Shown piece after piece: positions 40,387-49,678 of a stretch of DNA of 57,581 nucleotides; positions within the stretch are counted from its first letter, which is position 1; every line of letters begins with the position of its first letter. Under the pieces are notes generated by a model. It was given only the letters and a program-made list of their open reading frames with translations. It did no database searches and was not told where the DNA came from. The translations under genes were made by a program, and so were the position numbers. The stretch is from Eubacteriaceae bacterium (GTDB lineage: Bacteria > Bacillota > Clostridia > Eubacteriales > Garciellaceae): NCBI GenBank assembly GCA_012838085.1, contig DUPX01000119.1, forward strand, positions 1 to 57,581. Reading direction: 5' to 3'.

Positions 40387-40875
40387 GTGGAGGAAATAGA
40401 AAAACTATATAGACTTTATAAACAGGATGTATATGCATATTTAATTTCATTAACACATAATCCTATCCTTTCAGAGGATCTATTATCAGAGACCTTTATT
40501 GCAGCAATTTCAGCATTAAGGAATTTTAAGGGTAAATCTTCCATTAAAACTTGGCTCTTTTCAATAGCTAGAAATTTATGGATTTCCAGGTTAAGAAAAG
40601 AGAAGCCAACCTTAGAGTATAATGACTTTTTAGGATTATACATATCAGATAGTATGGCAGAAGGATTGATTAACAAAGAGATTGCCAAAAGAATTCAGGA
40701 CCTACTTTCAGAGAAGGATAATCGGACACAAAAGATTGTAAATATGAGAATAGAGGGTTTTAGTTATAGAGAAATATCCGATAGTTTAAATATTTCTGAA
40801 AGTACAGCAAGGGTAATAGATTTTCGTACAAAGAAATGGATAAAAAATATCATAGAAAAGGAGGAACAAAATTGA
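40387..40875 (+). CDS. ECF-type RNA polymerase sigma factor
   Basis: Region 2 (DLLSETFIAA, KTWLFSIARN) and a region 4 HTH (FSYREISDSLNISESTARV). The GTG start follows an AAGGGGGA SD. Confidence 0.85.
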   Translation: MEEIEKLYRLYKQDVYAYLISLTHNPILSEDLLSETFIAAISALRNFKGKSSIKTWLFSIARNLWISRLRKEKPTLEYNDFLGLYISDSMAEGLINKEIAKRIQDLLSEKDNRTQKIVNMRIEGFSYREISDSLNISESTARVIDFRTKKWIKNIIEKEEQN

Positions 40876-41402
40876 AAGTGGCCTGCAATATAATACAAGA
40901 CTTAATACCCCTAGTAAAAGACCAAGTGGCTAGTGAAGAAACTACAGAATTAGTGCTAGAACATATAAAAGGCTGTTCTACCTGTAAAAATGATTTTGGG
41001 GAAAAACAAGACAAAATATCGATAGAAAAAATAAAGGAAGATAAAAAAATTATCCAATCAATAAAGAGAAGTATCTTTATTTCCAAAGTGATTATTTTAA
41101 TTATTGGGGCATTGTTAGGGTCTGTTCTAACAAATACAATGGGGGTATTTTACAACTTTTTGATAATGCCTATTTTAGGAGGAATATCTTATTTTGTCTT
41201 TAAAAAGAGGGCCTACCTAATGATATTATTAGTATTTGTTTTGTCCTATGGATATATAACGATAAACTCCATTATAATAGACGGTTTTTATTGGGGGTAT
41301 TTTTATGGCAGTCTATATTATAGCTTTATTTATTGTATTTTAGTTTGTATAGGTATAATTATTTCGTGGCTTTTAACAATTGCTTTTAGGAAAGATAGGT
41401 GA
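40872..41402 (+). CDS. Zinc-finger (ZAS-type) transmembrane anti-sigma factor
   Basis: HIKGCSTC motif followed by about 4 TM helices. The TTG at 40872 overlaps the sigma-factor TGA (TTGA) and follows an AAAGGAGG SD. Confidence 0.7.
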   Translation: MKVACNIIQDLIPLVKDQVASEETTELVLEHIKGCSTCKNDFGEKQDKISIEKIKEDKKIIQSIKRSIFISKVIILIIGALLGSVLTNTMGVFYNFLIMPILGGISYFVFKKRAYLMILLVFVLSYGYITINSIIIDGFYWGYFYGSLYYSFIYCILVCIGIIISWLLTIAFRKDR

Positions 41403-42235
41403 AGGAAATGAAAAGAAATATCATAATAAGAATAGTATCCGGGATACTAGCACTTACCTTAATCGCAGGCCTCCTATTTGTTGCTGGTGCTTTTATTGGA
41501 AATCCCATATCTTTATTGATTGCTAATAGGGCTGCAAAGGATTATGTACAGGAGAACTATGCCTTTTTAGATCTTGAACTAGAAAAGGCAAAATATGACT
41601 TTAAGACTTCAAACTACTGGATTAGGGCCATTTCAAAAACCAGTAAGGATACAAAGTTTTCAATTTATTATTCTAATGGTAAGATAATAAGAGATGATTA
41701 TAAATCTAATGTTTTAAGTGGTTTTAATACACTATATAGATTATCTCAGGAATATTCTTTATTAGCAAAAGATATCTTAAATGAGGAATTAGGTTATAAA
41801 AATATAAATATTAGTGTTATATATGGTAAGGAAAAGTATGAAAACACTAGTGATATAGTAAAATTAGACATGGATTTTGATAGGACTTTACCCCTTGATC
41901 CACAGATAATAATAGATATAGATTTAGAAGATAATTCATTAGAGAAGATATCAGAGATTTTAATAGATATCCATAAGGTTTTTTTAACGAATAATTGTGT
42001 ATTTAAAGAATACTCACTATATTCAGAGAATAATAAGGGAAAAATAGTAAATATAAATGGGGTTAAGCCAGAGGATATAGAGAGTGGTGAATTACTACAA
42101 ATATTAATAGAGGCAAAAGATTGGGAAGATAAAGAAAAAAAGGAAATTCAAGAAAAAATAGACCAGGGAGAAGCAATAGAAAGATATGAAAGAGATTCTA
42201 GCCAAAATGGGATTTCAATATTTATTAAAGAATAA
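41399..42235 (+). CDS. Membrane-anchored hypothetical protein co-transcribed with the sigma/anti-sigma pair
   Basis: One N-terminal TM helix followed by a soluble domain of about 240 aa with no motif I recognise. The GTG start overlaps the upstream TGA (GTGA). Confidence 0.6.
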   Translation: MKEMKRNIIIRIVSGILALTLIAGLLFVAGAFIGNPISLLIANRAAKDYVQENYAFLDLELEKAKYDFKTSNYWIRAISKTSKDTKFSIYYSNGKIIRDDYKSNVLSGFNTLYRLSQEYSLLAKDILNEELGYKNINISVIYGKEKYENTSDIVKLDMDFDRTLPLDPQIIIDIDLEDNSLEKISEILIDIHKVFLTNNCVFKEYSLYSENNKGKIVNINGVKPEDIESGELLQILIEAKDWEDKEKKEIQEKIDQGEAIERYERDSSQNGISIFIKE

Positions 42236-42294
42236 TTTGTAATAAGCTAAATCCATTAATAATCAGCTCAACTAAAAAGCTTTATGATATGATA

Positions 42295-42346
42295 CTTCCA
42301 AAGTAGACAGTTTAATTAATTAAATTGTCTACTTGGAGGTATTTTT
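42295..42346 (+). terminator. Intrinsic terminator after the ECF sigma operon
   Basis: Long imperfect stem CTTCCAAAGTAGACAG / TTGTCTACTTGGAGG followed by ATTTTTA. Confidence 0.7.
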
Positions 42347-42416
42347 ATTGAATATTATTATAAATTATGCTAAAATCGTTATATGAATGACAATATAACG
42401 AAAGAGGAGATTAGAA

Positions 42417-43469
42417 ATGTTCAAAGGTAAGAATTACAAAGGTCTCTTAGTATGTATATTAATAATATTTATATCTGTTTCACTTATAGCCTGTTCCCAA
42501 TCTTCACCTAATACAAATCAACAAGATAGTAACGGAATTAATGATGAAGAAATATCTATTACCGATCATTTGGGTAGAAATGTTATACTTGAAAAACCAG
42601 CAGAAAAATTAGTAAGTGGGTACTATATTACAACATCTATGTTAATTGCACTTGGTTTAGAGGATAACTTAGTAGGAGTAGAGGCTAAAGCAGAAACAAG
42701 ACCAATATATAAAATGGCTGCACCCCATTTTCTTGATTTGCCTGTTATGGGAACCATGAAAGAATTTAACTTAGAGGGGGCGGCTGCCTTAGAGCCAGAC
42801 TTAGTAATACTTTCTATAAGGTTGAAAGACACTGTTGAAAGCTTAGAACAAATGGGTATAAATGTGATAGCAGTAAATCCAGAAAGTATGGAAGAATTAA
42901 AAGAAACATTAGATATGATTGGAAAGGCAACTGGCACTGAAGAAAGGGCAAAAAAATTAATTACTTACTATGATGAAAAAACTCAAGAAATATCTAATAT
43001 TGTAAAGGATAAGGATAAGCCTACTGTTTATTTAGCAGGAAATAATAGTCTACTATCTACTGCAACAAAGAAGATGTACCAGAATTCAATAATAGAAATG
43101 GCTGGTGGAATTAATGTTGCTGGAGATATTGAAGATACATATTGGGCAGATATTTCTTATGAGCAATTAATAGCTTATAATCCAGACATTATTATAGGTG
43201 CGCCTGGAGCAGAATATACTAAGGATCAACTATTAAAGGACCAAAAACTTCAGGGAATAAATGCAATAAAAAACAATCAGGTATATTTTATGCCCAATTC
43301 ATTTGAACTATGGGATTCTCCAGTACCTTCAGGGATCTTAGGTGCACTATGGACCACTAGTATATTACATGAAGAGGATTATTCCTTTGAAAGATTTAAA
43401 GAAGAAGTCTATAATTTTTATAAAGAATTTTATAATATAGAAATTGATATGGAGAAAATTACAAAATAA
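42417..43469 (+). CDS. ABC importer substrate-binding lipoprotein (FecB/BtuF-type, iron-chelate or corrinoid)
   Basis: Signal peptide with lipobox SLIAC. Has the cluster-A-type SBP layout (DLVILS, AYNPDIII). Confidence 0.8.
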   Translation: MFKGKNYKGLLVCILIIFISVSLIACSQSSPNTNQQDSNGINDEEISITDHLGRNVILEKPAEKLVSGYYITTSMLIALGLEDNLVGVEAKAETRPIYKMAAPHFLDLPVMGTMKEFNLEGAAALEPDLVILSIRLKDTVESLEQMGINVIAVNPESMEELKETLDMIGKATGTEERAKKLITYYDEKTQEISNIVKDKDKPTVYLAGNNSLLSTATKKMYQNSIIEMAGGINVAGDIEDTYWADISYEQLIAYNPDIIIGAPGAEYTKDQLLKDQKLQGINAIKNNQVYFMPNSFELWDSPVPSGILGALWTTSILHEEDYSFERFKEEVYNFYKEFYNIEIDMEKITK

Positions 43470-44476
43470 TGAATAATAAAAAAAATAAGAATGAATTGCT
43501 AAAGATTTATATAGTAGCTTCCTTTTTACTGGGAGCTGCTTTTATCATATCAATATCCATAGGTAGATACCCTCTTTCGATAGAAGAGATTTTAGACATT
43601 ATATTTAGAAAAGAAATTGGAACAATGGGAGAAAATATTTTTTTTACTCTTCGACTACCAAGAACTATAATGGTACTAATAGCAGGATTAGGCCTTAGTA
43701 TGGCCGGCAGTGTCTATCAAACAATTTTTAAAAATCCTTTAGCTACTCCTGATCTAATAGGGGTTTCATCAGGTGCTAACTTAGGAGCTGCTATTGCTAT
43801 TTCTTTTTTTGCAGGCAGTAGATTTTCAATAGCAATATTTGCATTCCTAGGAGGTATAGCTGCAGTATTTATTGCCCTTGCTCTTACAAGGATATCTAAA
43901 GATAGGGGCATTACAACTTTTGTTTTAGCAGGAATAGTTATAGGTTCAATAGCACAAGGAATGATTATGTTAATTAAATTTTTTGCTGATCCTGAAAGGC
44001 AATTGGCTACAATAGAATTTTGGTCTATGGGGAGTTTTGCAGATATTACAAGGGACAAGGTAATAACTACTCTACCTTTTTTTATCATAGGAATAATAGT
44101 ATTAATACTTTTTAGATGGAAGATAAATATTTTATCACTAAGTGATGAAGAAGGAAAATCCCTTGGGATAAAGGTGGATACTGTTAGAATATGGGTGGTA
44201 ATAGCTGCTACTCTTGTGGTAGCAAGTATTGTTAGTGTTTCAGGCCTTATCACCTTTATAGGACTAATTGCACCTCATATAGCAAGAATGCTAGTTAAAA
44301 GAAATAACTTTAATACCATTATTTTAAGTGGTCTCGTAGGAGCGATTATATTACTAGTTGCTGATACTTTAGCTAGAAGTCTAGCAGGAAGTGAAATACC
44401 TATAAGTATTCTTACTACCTTTATAGGGGCTCCCTTTCTAGCCTACTTAATGGGACATTTAAGACAGGGGGACTAA
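43469..44476 (+). CDS. FecCD/BtuC-family ABC permease
   Basis: About 9-10 TM helices. Contains FRLPRTIMVLIAGLGLSMAGSVYQ and NPLATPDLIGVSSGA motifs. The start overlaps the upstream stop (TAATG). Confidence 0.85.
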   Translation: MNNKKNKNELLKIYIVASFLLGAAFIISISIGRYPLSIEEILDIIFRKEIGTMGENIFFTLRLPRTIMVLIAGLGLSMAGSVYQTIFKNPLATPDLIGVSSGANLGAAIAISFFAGSRFSIAIFAFLGGIAAVFIALALTRISKDRGITTFVLAGIVIGSIAQGMIMLIKFFADPERQLATIEFWSMGSFADITRDKVITTLPFFIIGIIVLILFRWKINILSLSDEEGKSLGIKVDTVRIWVVIAATLVVASIVSVSGLITFIGLIAPHIARMLVKRNNFNTIILSGLVGAIILLVADTLARSLAGSEIPISILTTFIGAPFLAYLMGHLRQGD

Positions 44477-44480
44477 AGCT

Positions 44481-45245
44481 ATGTTAAAGATAGAAAATAT
44501 AATAGCAGGTTATAATAGTAAGCCAATAATAAGAGACATAAGTTTCTCAACAAAGCCTAGAGAATTAACTGGTCTTCTAGGCCTAAATGGAGCAGGGAAA
44601 ACTACCCTCTTAAAGGTTATAAGTGGTTTATTAAAACCAATGGAGGGCAATTGTTATATAAAGGATATAGATATTTATAAGCTAAAGGAAAAGAAAAGGG
44701 CAAGGTATATAAGCTATTTACCTCAAAGAAGTAGTATAATCTATAACACAAAGGTGATAGATGTAGTATTAATGGGGATAACACCCTATCTGGGAGCTTT
44801 TGATAGCCCTACAAGTCACCATAGGGAAATGGCCTATGAGACTTTGAAAAATGTTTCTATGGAAGATTATGCTGAAGAAAATTTCTTACACCTAAGCGAA
44901 GGACAAAAACAATTAATAATAATAGCAAGAAATCTTATTCAGAATTCCAAAATAATGCTTTTTGATGAACCAGATAGTACCCTAGATTATCCAAATAAAC
45001 ATATGGTTTTAGGGGTAATAAAAAATATAGTAGGTTTAGATAATAAAAGTGGAATAATAACCCTTCATGATCCTAACCTTGCTCTTAGCTATTGTGATAA
45101 TATTATAATTTTAAATAATGGAAAGATATTTAATCAATTGAAGGTAAGGGAAATAAATAAGGATATTATTTTAAAGAACTTTGGCCATATATATGGCAAT
45201 ATTAATGTAGTCCAATATGATGGAAAATACTTTATTGTAAGATAG
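44481..45245 (+). CDS. ABC transporter ATP-binding protein (FepC/BtuD-like)
   Basis: Walker A GLNGAGKTT, signature LSEGQKQ and Walker B MLFDEPDS. Confidence 0.9.
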   Translation: MLKIENIIAGYNSKPIIRDISFSTKPRELTGLLGLNGAGKTTLLKVISGLLKPMEGNCYIKDIDIYKLKEKKRARYISYLPQRSSIIYNTKVIDVVLMGITPYLGAFDSPTSHHREMAYETLKNVSMEDYAEENFLHLSEGQKQLIIIARNLIQNSKIMLFDEPDSTLDYPNKHMVLGVIKNIVGLDNKSGIITLHDPNLALSYCDNIIILNNGKIFNQLKVREINKDIILKNFGHIYGNINVVQYDGKYFIVR

Positions 45246-45246
45246 G

Positions 45247-45795
45247 ATGAATGTAATGACAAATAAAAAAAAAGGGACTTCAATTCAACAAAGAAAAGAA
45301 GAAGTAATTAGGCTTTTTAAAGAAAGCGGGAAGAAACATTTATTTATTACGGGAAAGAAAGGTGCTGGGAAGTCTACTCTTTTTAGAGAAATATTAAAAA
45401 ACAAAGTTAATTATGGAGGTATAGTTACAAGATTTGTATTTGAAGAATCAGACTCCACTGAATACTTATTATTAGAAGATGTGATGGATAGAAATAATAA
45501 TACTATTATAGGTAAGAAGAACAAACTTTTTAATAAAATGATTCCGAATATTGAAGGATTTGAAAACTTAGGTGCTAAAATTTTAAAAAAATATAGAAAT
45601 AGCACAGTTGATTTAGTAGTCTTTGATGAAATAGGATTTATAGAGGCGGAGGCCCCTAAATATAGAAAAGAAATATTTAATTGTTTTCAAGAGAAAAAAG
45701 TATTTGCTATAATCAGAAAGGAATCTAATGAATTTCTTGACAATATAAAGTCTATAGAAAATACCCTAATTATAGATTTAGATAATATGCCCTAA
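45247..45795 (+). CDS. P-loop NTPase (THEP1/NTPase_1-like)
   Basis: Walker A ITGKKGAGKST and Walker B-like VVFDEIG. 182 aa. The start lies 1 nt after the ABC ATPase stop. Confidence 0.6.
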   Translation: MNVMTNKKKGTSIQQRKEEVIRLFKESGKKHLFITGKKGAGKSTLFREILKNKVNYGGIVTRFVFEESDSTEYLLLEDVMDRNNNTIIGKKNKLFNKMIPNIEGFENLGAKILKKYRNSTVDLVVFDEIGFIEAEAPKYRKEIFNCFQEKKVFAIIRKESNEFLDNIKSIENTLIIDLDNMP

Positions 45796-45864
45796 AAAGT
45801 TTAATTTATTTTTGCATTAAAAATTATATGTGTTAAAATGATAAGGCAATTATTCAACTAATTA

Positions 45865-46197
45865 ATGGTGATTATTTTGATATTTTATCTTATACCTCTA
45901 TTTTTTATAAATATTTTTTTATTATTTACAGCCTTTAAAGGATTTTTGATGAGCAGCTTATTAAAGAAAAGGATTTATCGCATTATGGGTATGATACCTA
46001 TAGGGCTATATGCCTTTTTAAATTGCGAAGTATTAATAGATATCTTAAGATATTATTATCCAATAGTTCTTTTAAAAAAAATATTTATTAATCCTCTTTA
46101 TCCATTAATAGTTTCTATATTAATTATGTGCTTAGCATATATTAATGGGATGAAGTGGTTAGAAGGCTATATAATAGATCTAAAAAAATCAGAATAA
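45865..46197 (+). CDS. Hypothetical small membrane protein
   Basis: About 3 hydrophobic segments. No convincing SD, so the call is weak. Confidence 0.3.
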   Translation: MVIILIFYLIPLFFINIFLLFTAFKGFLMSSLLKKRIYRIMGMIPIGLYAFLNCEVLIDILRYYYPIVLLKKIFINPLYPLIVSILIMCLAYINGMKWLEGYIIDLKKSE

Positions 46198-46237
46198 AGG
46201 ACTAAACTTTTGTTAGAATAAAGAAGGGAGAAATCTT

Positions 46238-46414
46238 ATGATCGAAAGGAAAAAGCTGGACAGAATAAACTTTTTAGCAAAAAAGGCTAAAGATGAAAGA
46301 TTAACCCCAGAAGAAAAAATAGAGCAAGATGAGCTAAGAAGGGAATATCTTGAAAACTTTAGAAAGTCTTTTAGGTCACAATTGGATAATATAGAATTTA
46401 TTGATGATAAATAG
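46238..46414 (+). CDS. DUF896 (UPF0291/YnzC-like) small protein; not in the supplied ORF track
   Basis: My translation is MIERKKLDRINFLAKKAKDERLTPEEKIEQDELRREYLENFRKSFRSQLDNIEFIDDK (58 aa). A GAAGGGAG SD precedes the ATG and a terminator follows. Confidence 0.7.
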   Translation: MIERKKLDRINFLAKKAKDERLTPEEKIEQDELRREYLENFRKSFRSQLDNIEFIDDK

Positions 46415-46423
46415 TATAATAAT

Positions 46424-46462
46424 AAGCAATCCTATCCAAGTAATGGAAAGATTGCTTTTTTG
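46424..46462 (+). terminator. Intrinsic terminator after the DUF896 gene
   Basis: AAGCAATC pairs with GATTGCTT, followed by TTTTT. Confidence 0.65.
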
Positions 46463-46676
46463 TTAAATAAGAAATTACTCAGTAATTATTGGATAAAATA
46501 AGTTGTAGCTATAAGAAGAACTCTACTGCTGACTTAAAAAGATGTCTATGTTGAGTATCAATAGTAGGTACAATCTAAGACTTTTTTGTTAGGTATTTTA
46601 CTCTTAATAAAAAGACTTAATAATATTATGGAAACTAATATAATAGAACAATAAATATTAGAAAGGAAGAAAAAAT

Positions 46677-48104
46677 ATGATAAATAATACATCAAAGGAT
46701 TTAGAACAATTATTAATAAAGAAATGGGATAGTGGATGGAATCTAATAAACCAGGATGAAAAAGAAAAAGCATTCCACTTTTCTGAAGGATATAAAAGAT
46801 TTTTAGATGAAGGAAAGACCGAAAGGGAAAGTGTAAAGGCGATAATAAAGTTGGCAAAGGATAAAGGCTTTATTTCTTTGAATAAAACAATTAAAGAAAA
46901 GCATAGAATTTTTCCAGGACAAAAATTTTATTATGAGTATAAAAATAGTTCCATAGTACTATTTGTTATAGGAAAAGAAGATTTAACTGGAGGGATGAAT
47001 ATAATAGGTTCTCATGTAGATGCACCACGGTTGGATTTAAAGCCCAATCCCCTTTATGAGGAACAAGAAATGGCCTTTTTCAAAACCCATTATTATGGAG
47101 GAGTGAAGAAATATCAATGGACTACCATTCCACTAAGTCTTCACGGGGTTGTAGTATTAAAAAGTGGAAAAAAGATTGATATAAATATTGGTGAGAAGGA
47201 TAGCGACCCAGTGTTTTATATATCAGATTTATTACCCCATTTAGCAAAAGAACAAATGGAAAAGAAAATGGGTGAAGGAATCACAGGGGAGGGTTTAAAT
47301 ATAATAGTGGGGAGTATTCCCTATAAGGATGAAGAAATAAAAGAACCAATAAAATTAAACATACTAAAACTATTGTATGAAGCCTATGGAATTATTGAGG
47401 AAGATTTTGCTTCAGCAGAGATAGAAGTGGTACCTGCTTATAAGGCTAGAGATGTGGGATTTGATAGAAGCATGGTAGTGGCATATGGACAGGATGATAG
47501 GATATGTGCATATACTTCTTTACATGCAATATTAAATATTGAAAACCCTAAAAGGACAGCTGTTGCCCTTATAACAGATAAGGAAGAAGTAGGTAGTCAA
47601 GGTAATACAGGGATGCAATCTGCATTTTTTGAAAATGTAATAGCTGAATTGGTTGAATTAACCATGGAAGAACCTAGTGAAATAATGGTAAAAAGGACGA
47701 TGGCAAACTCTAGAGTCTTATCTGCCGATGTTAATGCGGGATTTGATCCAAATTTTCCAGATACCCATGATAAGAGAAATGCAGCCTATCTGGGCAGAGG
47801 AGTAGTTCTTACAAAATATACTGGTGCTAGAGGAAAAAGTGGAAGTAATGATGCAAGTGCTGAATATATCGGGGAAATTAGAAAGATATTTAATGATAAT
47901 AATGTGATTTGGCAAATGGGGGAATTGGGAAAGGTAGATCAAGGAGGGGGAGGTACAATAGCCTATATTCTTGCTAACTATGGTATGGATGTGGTTGATT
48001 GTGGGCCACCACTCTTTAGTATGCATGCTCCCATGGAATTATCTAGTAAATTAGACTTATATATGGCATACAAAGGATATAAGGCCTTTTATAATTCCAA
48101 ATAA
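46677..48104 (+). CDS. M18-family aminopeptidase
   Basis: GSHVDAPRLDLKPNP, DKEEVGS and the C-terminal GGGGTIA...SMHAPME motifs. Confidence 0.8.
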   Translation: MINNTSKDLEQLLIKKWDSGWNLINQDEKEKAFHFSEGYKRFLDEGKTERESVKAIIKLAKDKGFISLNKTIKEKHRIFPGQKFYYEYKNSSIVLFVIGKEDLTGGMNIIGSHVDAPRLDLKPNPLYEEQEMAFFKTHYYGGVKKYQWTTIPLSLHGVVVLKSGKKIDINIGEKDSDPVFYISDLLPHLAKEQMEKKMGEGITGEGLNIIVGSIPYKDEEIKEPIKLNILKLLYEAYGIIEEDFASAEIEVVPAYKARDVGFDRSMVVAYGQDDRICAYTSLHAILNIENPKRTAVALITDKEEVGSQGNTGMQSAFFENVIAELVELTMEEPSEIMVKRTMANSRVLSADVNAGFDPNFPDTHDKRNAAYLGRGVVLTKYTGARGKSGSNDASAEYIGEIRKIFNDNNVIWQMGELGKVDQGGGGTIAYILANYGMDVVDCGPPLFSMHAPMELSSKLDLYMAYKGYKAFYNSK

Positions 48105-48164
48105 TTAAGTATACGAATGATAAATGACAAAATTTTTGTATAGTAATTTTTCTGGAGGGGGATT

Positions 48165-49370
48165 ATGAAAATATTAATAATTGGAAATGGAATAGCTGGT
48201 CTATCTGCTGCGGAAGAAATAAGAAAGAAAAATAAAGAGGTAGACATTCAAATTATTTCAAAGGAGAATTATCATACATACTATAGAACACAATTATCTC
48301 ACTTTTTGTCTAAAGATTTTAATGTGGAAGAAATATATGTAAAACCTGAAAAGTGGTACATAGAAAATAATATAATTGTCCACTTCAATACCGAAGTACT
48401 AAATATAAATAAAGATAAAAGAAAAGTAAAATTATCTAATAATCAAGTATTGGATTATGACAAATTATTATTTGCCAATGGAGCCCATAGCTTTATCCCT
48501 CCCATTGAGGGATATAATAAGGATGGGATTTTTTCTCTAAGAAATTATGAGGACTTAGAGAAAATACAGCAATATGCAAAATCAGTAAATAAAGGCATTG
48601 TAGTAGGAGGGGGATTATTAGGGTTAGAAGTGGCAAATTCATTACAAAAATTAGGAATGGATATCCTTGTTATAGAGTTTTTCGATAGATTATTACCCAG
48701 GCAACTTGATGCTGAAGCTTCCCAAGTACTTATAAATATGGTTCAGCAAAAGGGAATTAAGTTATTACTTGGGACCCAGGTAGAAAGTATATATGGCAAA
48801 GACAAGGTAGAAGGTTGCAAGATAAGAGATGGCAAATCAATAGATGCTTCAATGGTATTATTTTCTACTGGAGTTCGGCCAAATATTACATTAGCTAAAG
48901 AAACTGGACTGGAAATCAATAGAGCTATCATAGTGGATAAGTATATGAATACTAGTGAAAAAAATATCTATGCAGCCGGCGATGTATGCGAATTTGACCA
49001 AAACTTACCTGCTATATGGACTGTAGCTGCTGAACAGGGAAAAGTCGCAGGTGTAAATATGATTGGAGAAAAAAGAGTATACAAAGCAATAATACCCTCC
49101 AATATGTTAAATATAATGGGTAATAAAGTATTTTCGATTGGGGATATAGGAACAGAGGATAAGAATAATTACCAAATTATAAAAAAAATTAATGAAAAAG
49201 ATAATATTTTCCAAAAGTTTTTCTTTATAAAAGGGAAATTAGTGGGAGGAATATTGATAAATGATATTTCTCTGGCTGGAAAGCTAAAAAAATTAATAAT
49301 ATTAGAAGAGGATTATACAGAGCTACTAAGGAAGGATATTTCTCAAGAAGAAAAGATAAAGTTGTTATAA
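48165..49370 (+). CDS. NAD(P)H/FAD-dependent oxidoreductase (NADH:rubredoxin oxidoreductase-like)
   Basis: ILIIGNGIAGLSAA, second Rossmann fold VVGGGLLGLEVA, and YAAGDVCE. Confidence 0.75.
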   Translation: MKILIIGNGIAGLSAAEEIRKKNKEVDIQIISKENYHTYYRTQLSHFLSKDFNVEEIYVKPEKWYIENNIIVHFNTEVLNINKDKRKVKLSNNQVLDYDKLLFANGAHSFIPPIEGYNKDGIFSLRNYEDLEKIQQYAKSVNKGIVVGGGLLGLEVANSLQKLGMDILVIEFFDRLLPRQLDAEASQVLINMVQQKGIKLLLGTQVESIYGKDKVEGCKIRDGKSIDASMVLFSTGVRPNITLAKETGLEINRAIIVDKYMNTSEKNIYAAGDVCEFDQNLPAIWTVAAEQGKVAGVNMIGEKRVYKAIIPSNMLNIMGNKVFSIGDIGTEDKNNYQIIKKINEKDNIFQKFFFIKGKLVGGILINDISLAGKLKKLIILEEDYTELLRKDISQEEKIKLL

Positions 49371-49374
49371 AAAT

Positions 49375-49394
49375 AAGCCCTATAATGGGCTTTT
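49375..49394 (+). terminator. Small terminator after the NROR-like gene
   Basis: AAGCCC-TATAAT-GGGCTT followed by TT. Confidence 0.5.
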
Positions 49395-49431
49395 AATATA
49401 TATTTTCCACTCTTAATAAAAATTTAAATAA

Positions 49432-49517
49432 TGGTGCCGCTGATCGGAGTCGAACCGATATGCCTATTAGGCGCAGCATTTTGAGTGCTGTGTGTCTGCC
49501 TATTCCACCACAGCGGC
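49432..49517 (-). tRNA. tRNA-Leu (anticodon CAA)
   Basis: The minus strand reads GCCGCTGTGGTGGAATAGGCAGACACACAGCACTCAAAATGCTGCGCCTAATAGGCATATCGGTTCGACTCCGATCAGCGGCACCA. It has anticodon loop CUCAAAA, a long variable arm and an encoded CCA. Confidence 0.9.
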
Positions 49518-49678
49518 AATAGAGAATATTACTGTATTATATTAGCATAATTAAAGGGGTATTGCAATAGAATTACTCATCCTCTCTGGTTAAATCTCTC
49601 TATATTTTAAATTTTCTTATATTTTTATCTTTTCTATGTTATAATAGGTAAGTAAATTTAAATTAAAGGGGGTTAATA

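Noticed and set aside
933-48931. Other embedded or antisense track ORFs, including 933..1115, 2476..2730, 9558..9758, 13182..13454, 24815..25063, 26839..27102, 28381..29652, 30088..30306, 30814..31002, 34347..34733, 35435..35617, 36414..36605, 37298..37489, 38312..38587, 39275..39544, 40416..41086, 42623..42937, 43717..44253, 45411..45605, 46558..46857, 47718..48026 and 48743..48931, plus later ones
   Set aside because: Each overlaps a better-supported gene on the other strand or in another frame, and none has translation signals.
49518-49678. LexA (Cheo) box upstream of the ydjM-like gene
   Set aside because: No GAAC-N4-GTTC-type motif is visible in the intergenic region.
37641-49678. tRNA-Ala and tRNA-Leu as integration sites flanking a genomic island
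   Set aside because: There is no integrase, no direct repeat of a tRNA 3' end, and no phage, plasmid or transposon genes between or beside the tRNAs. The gene content looks chromosomal.
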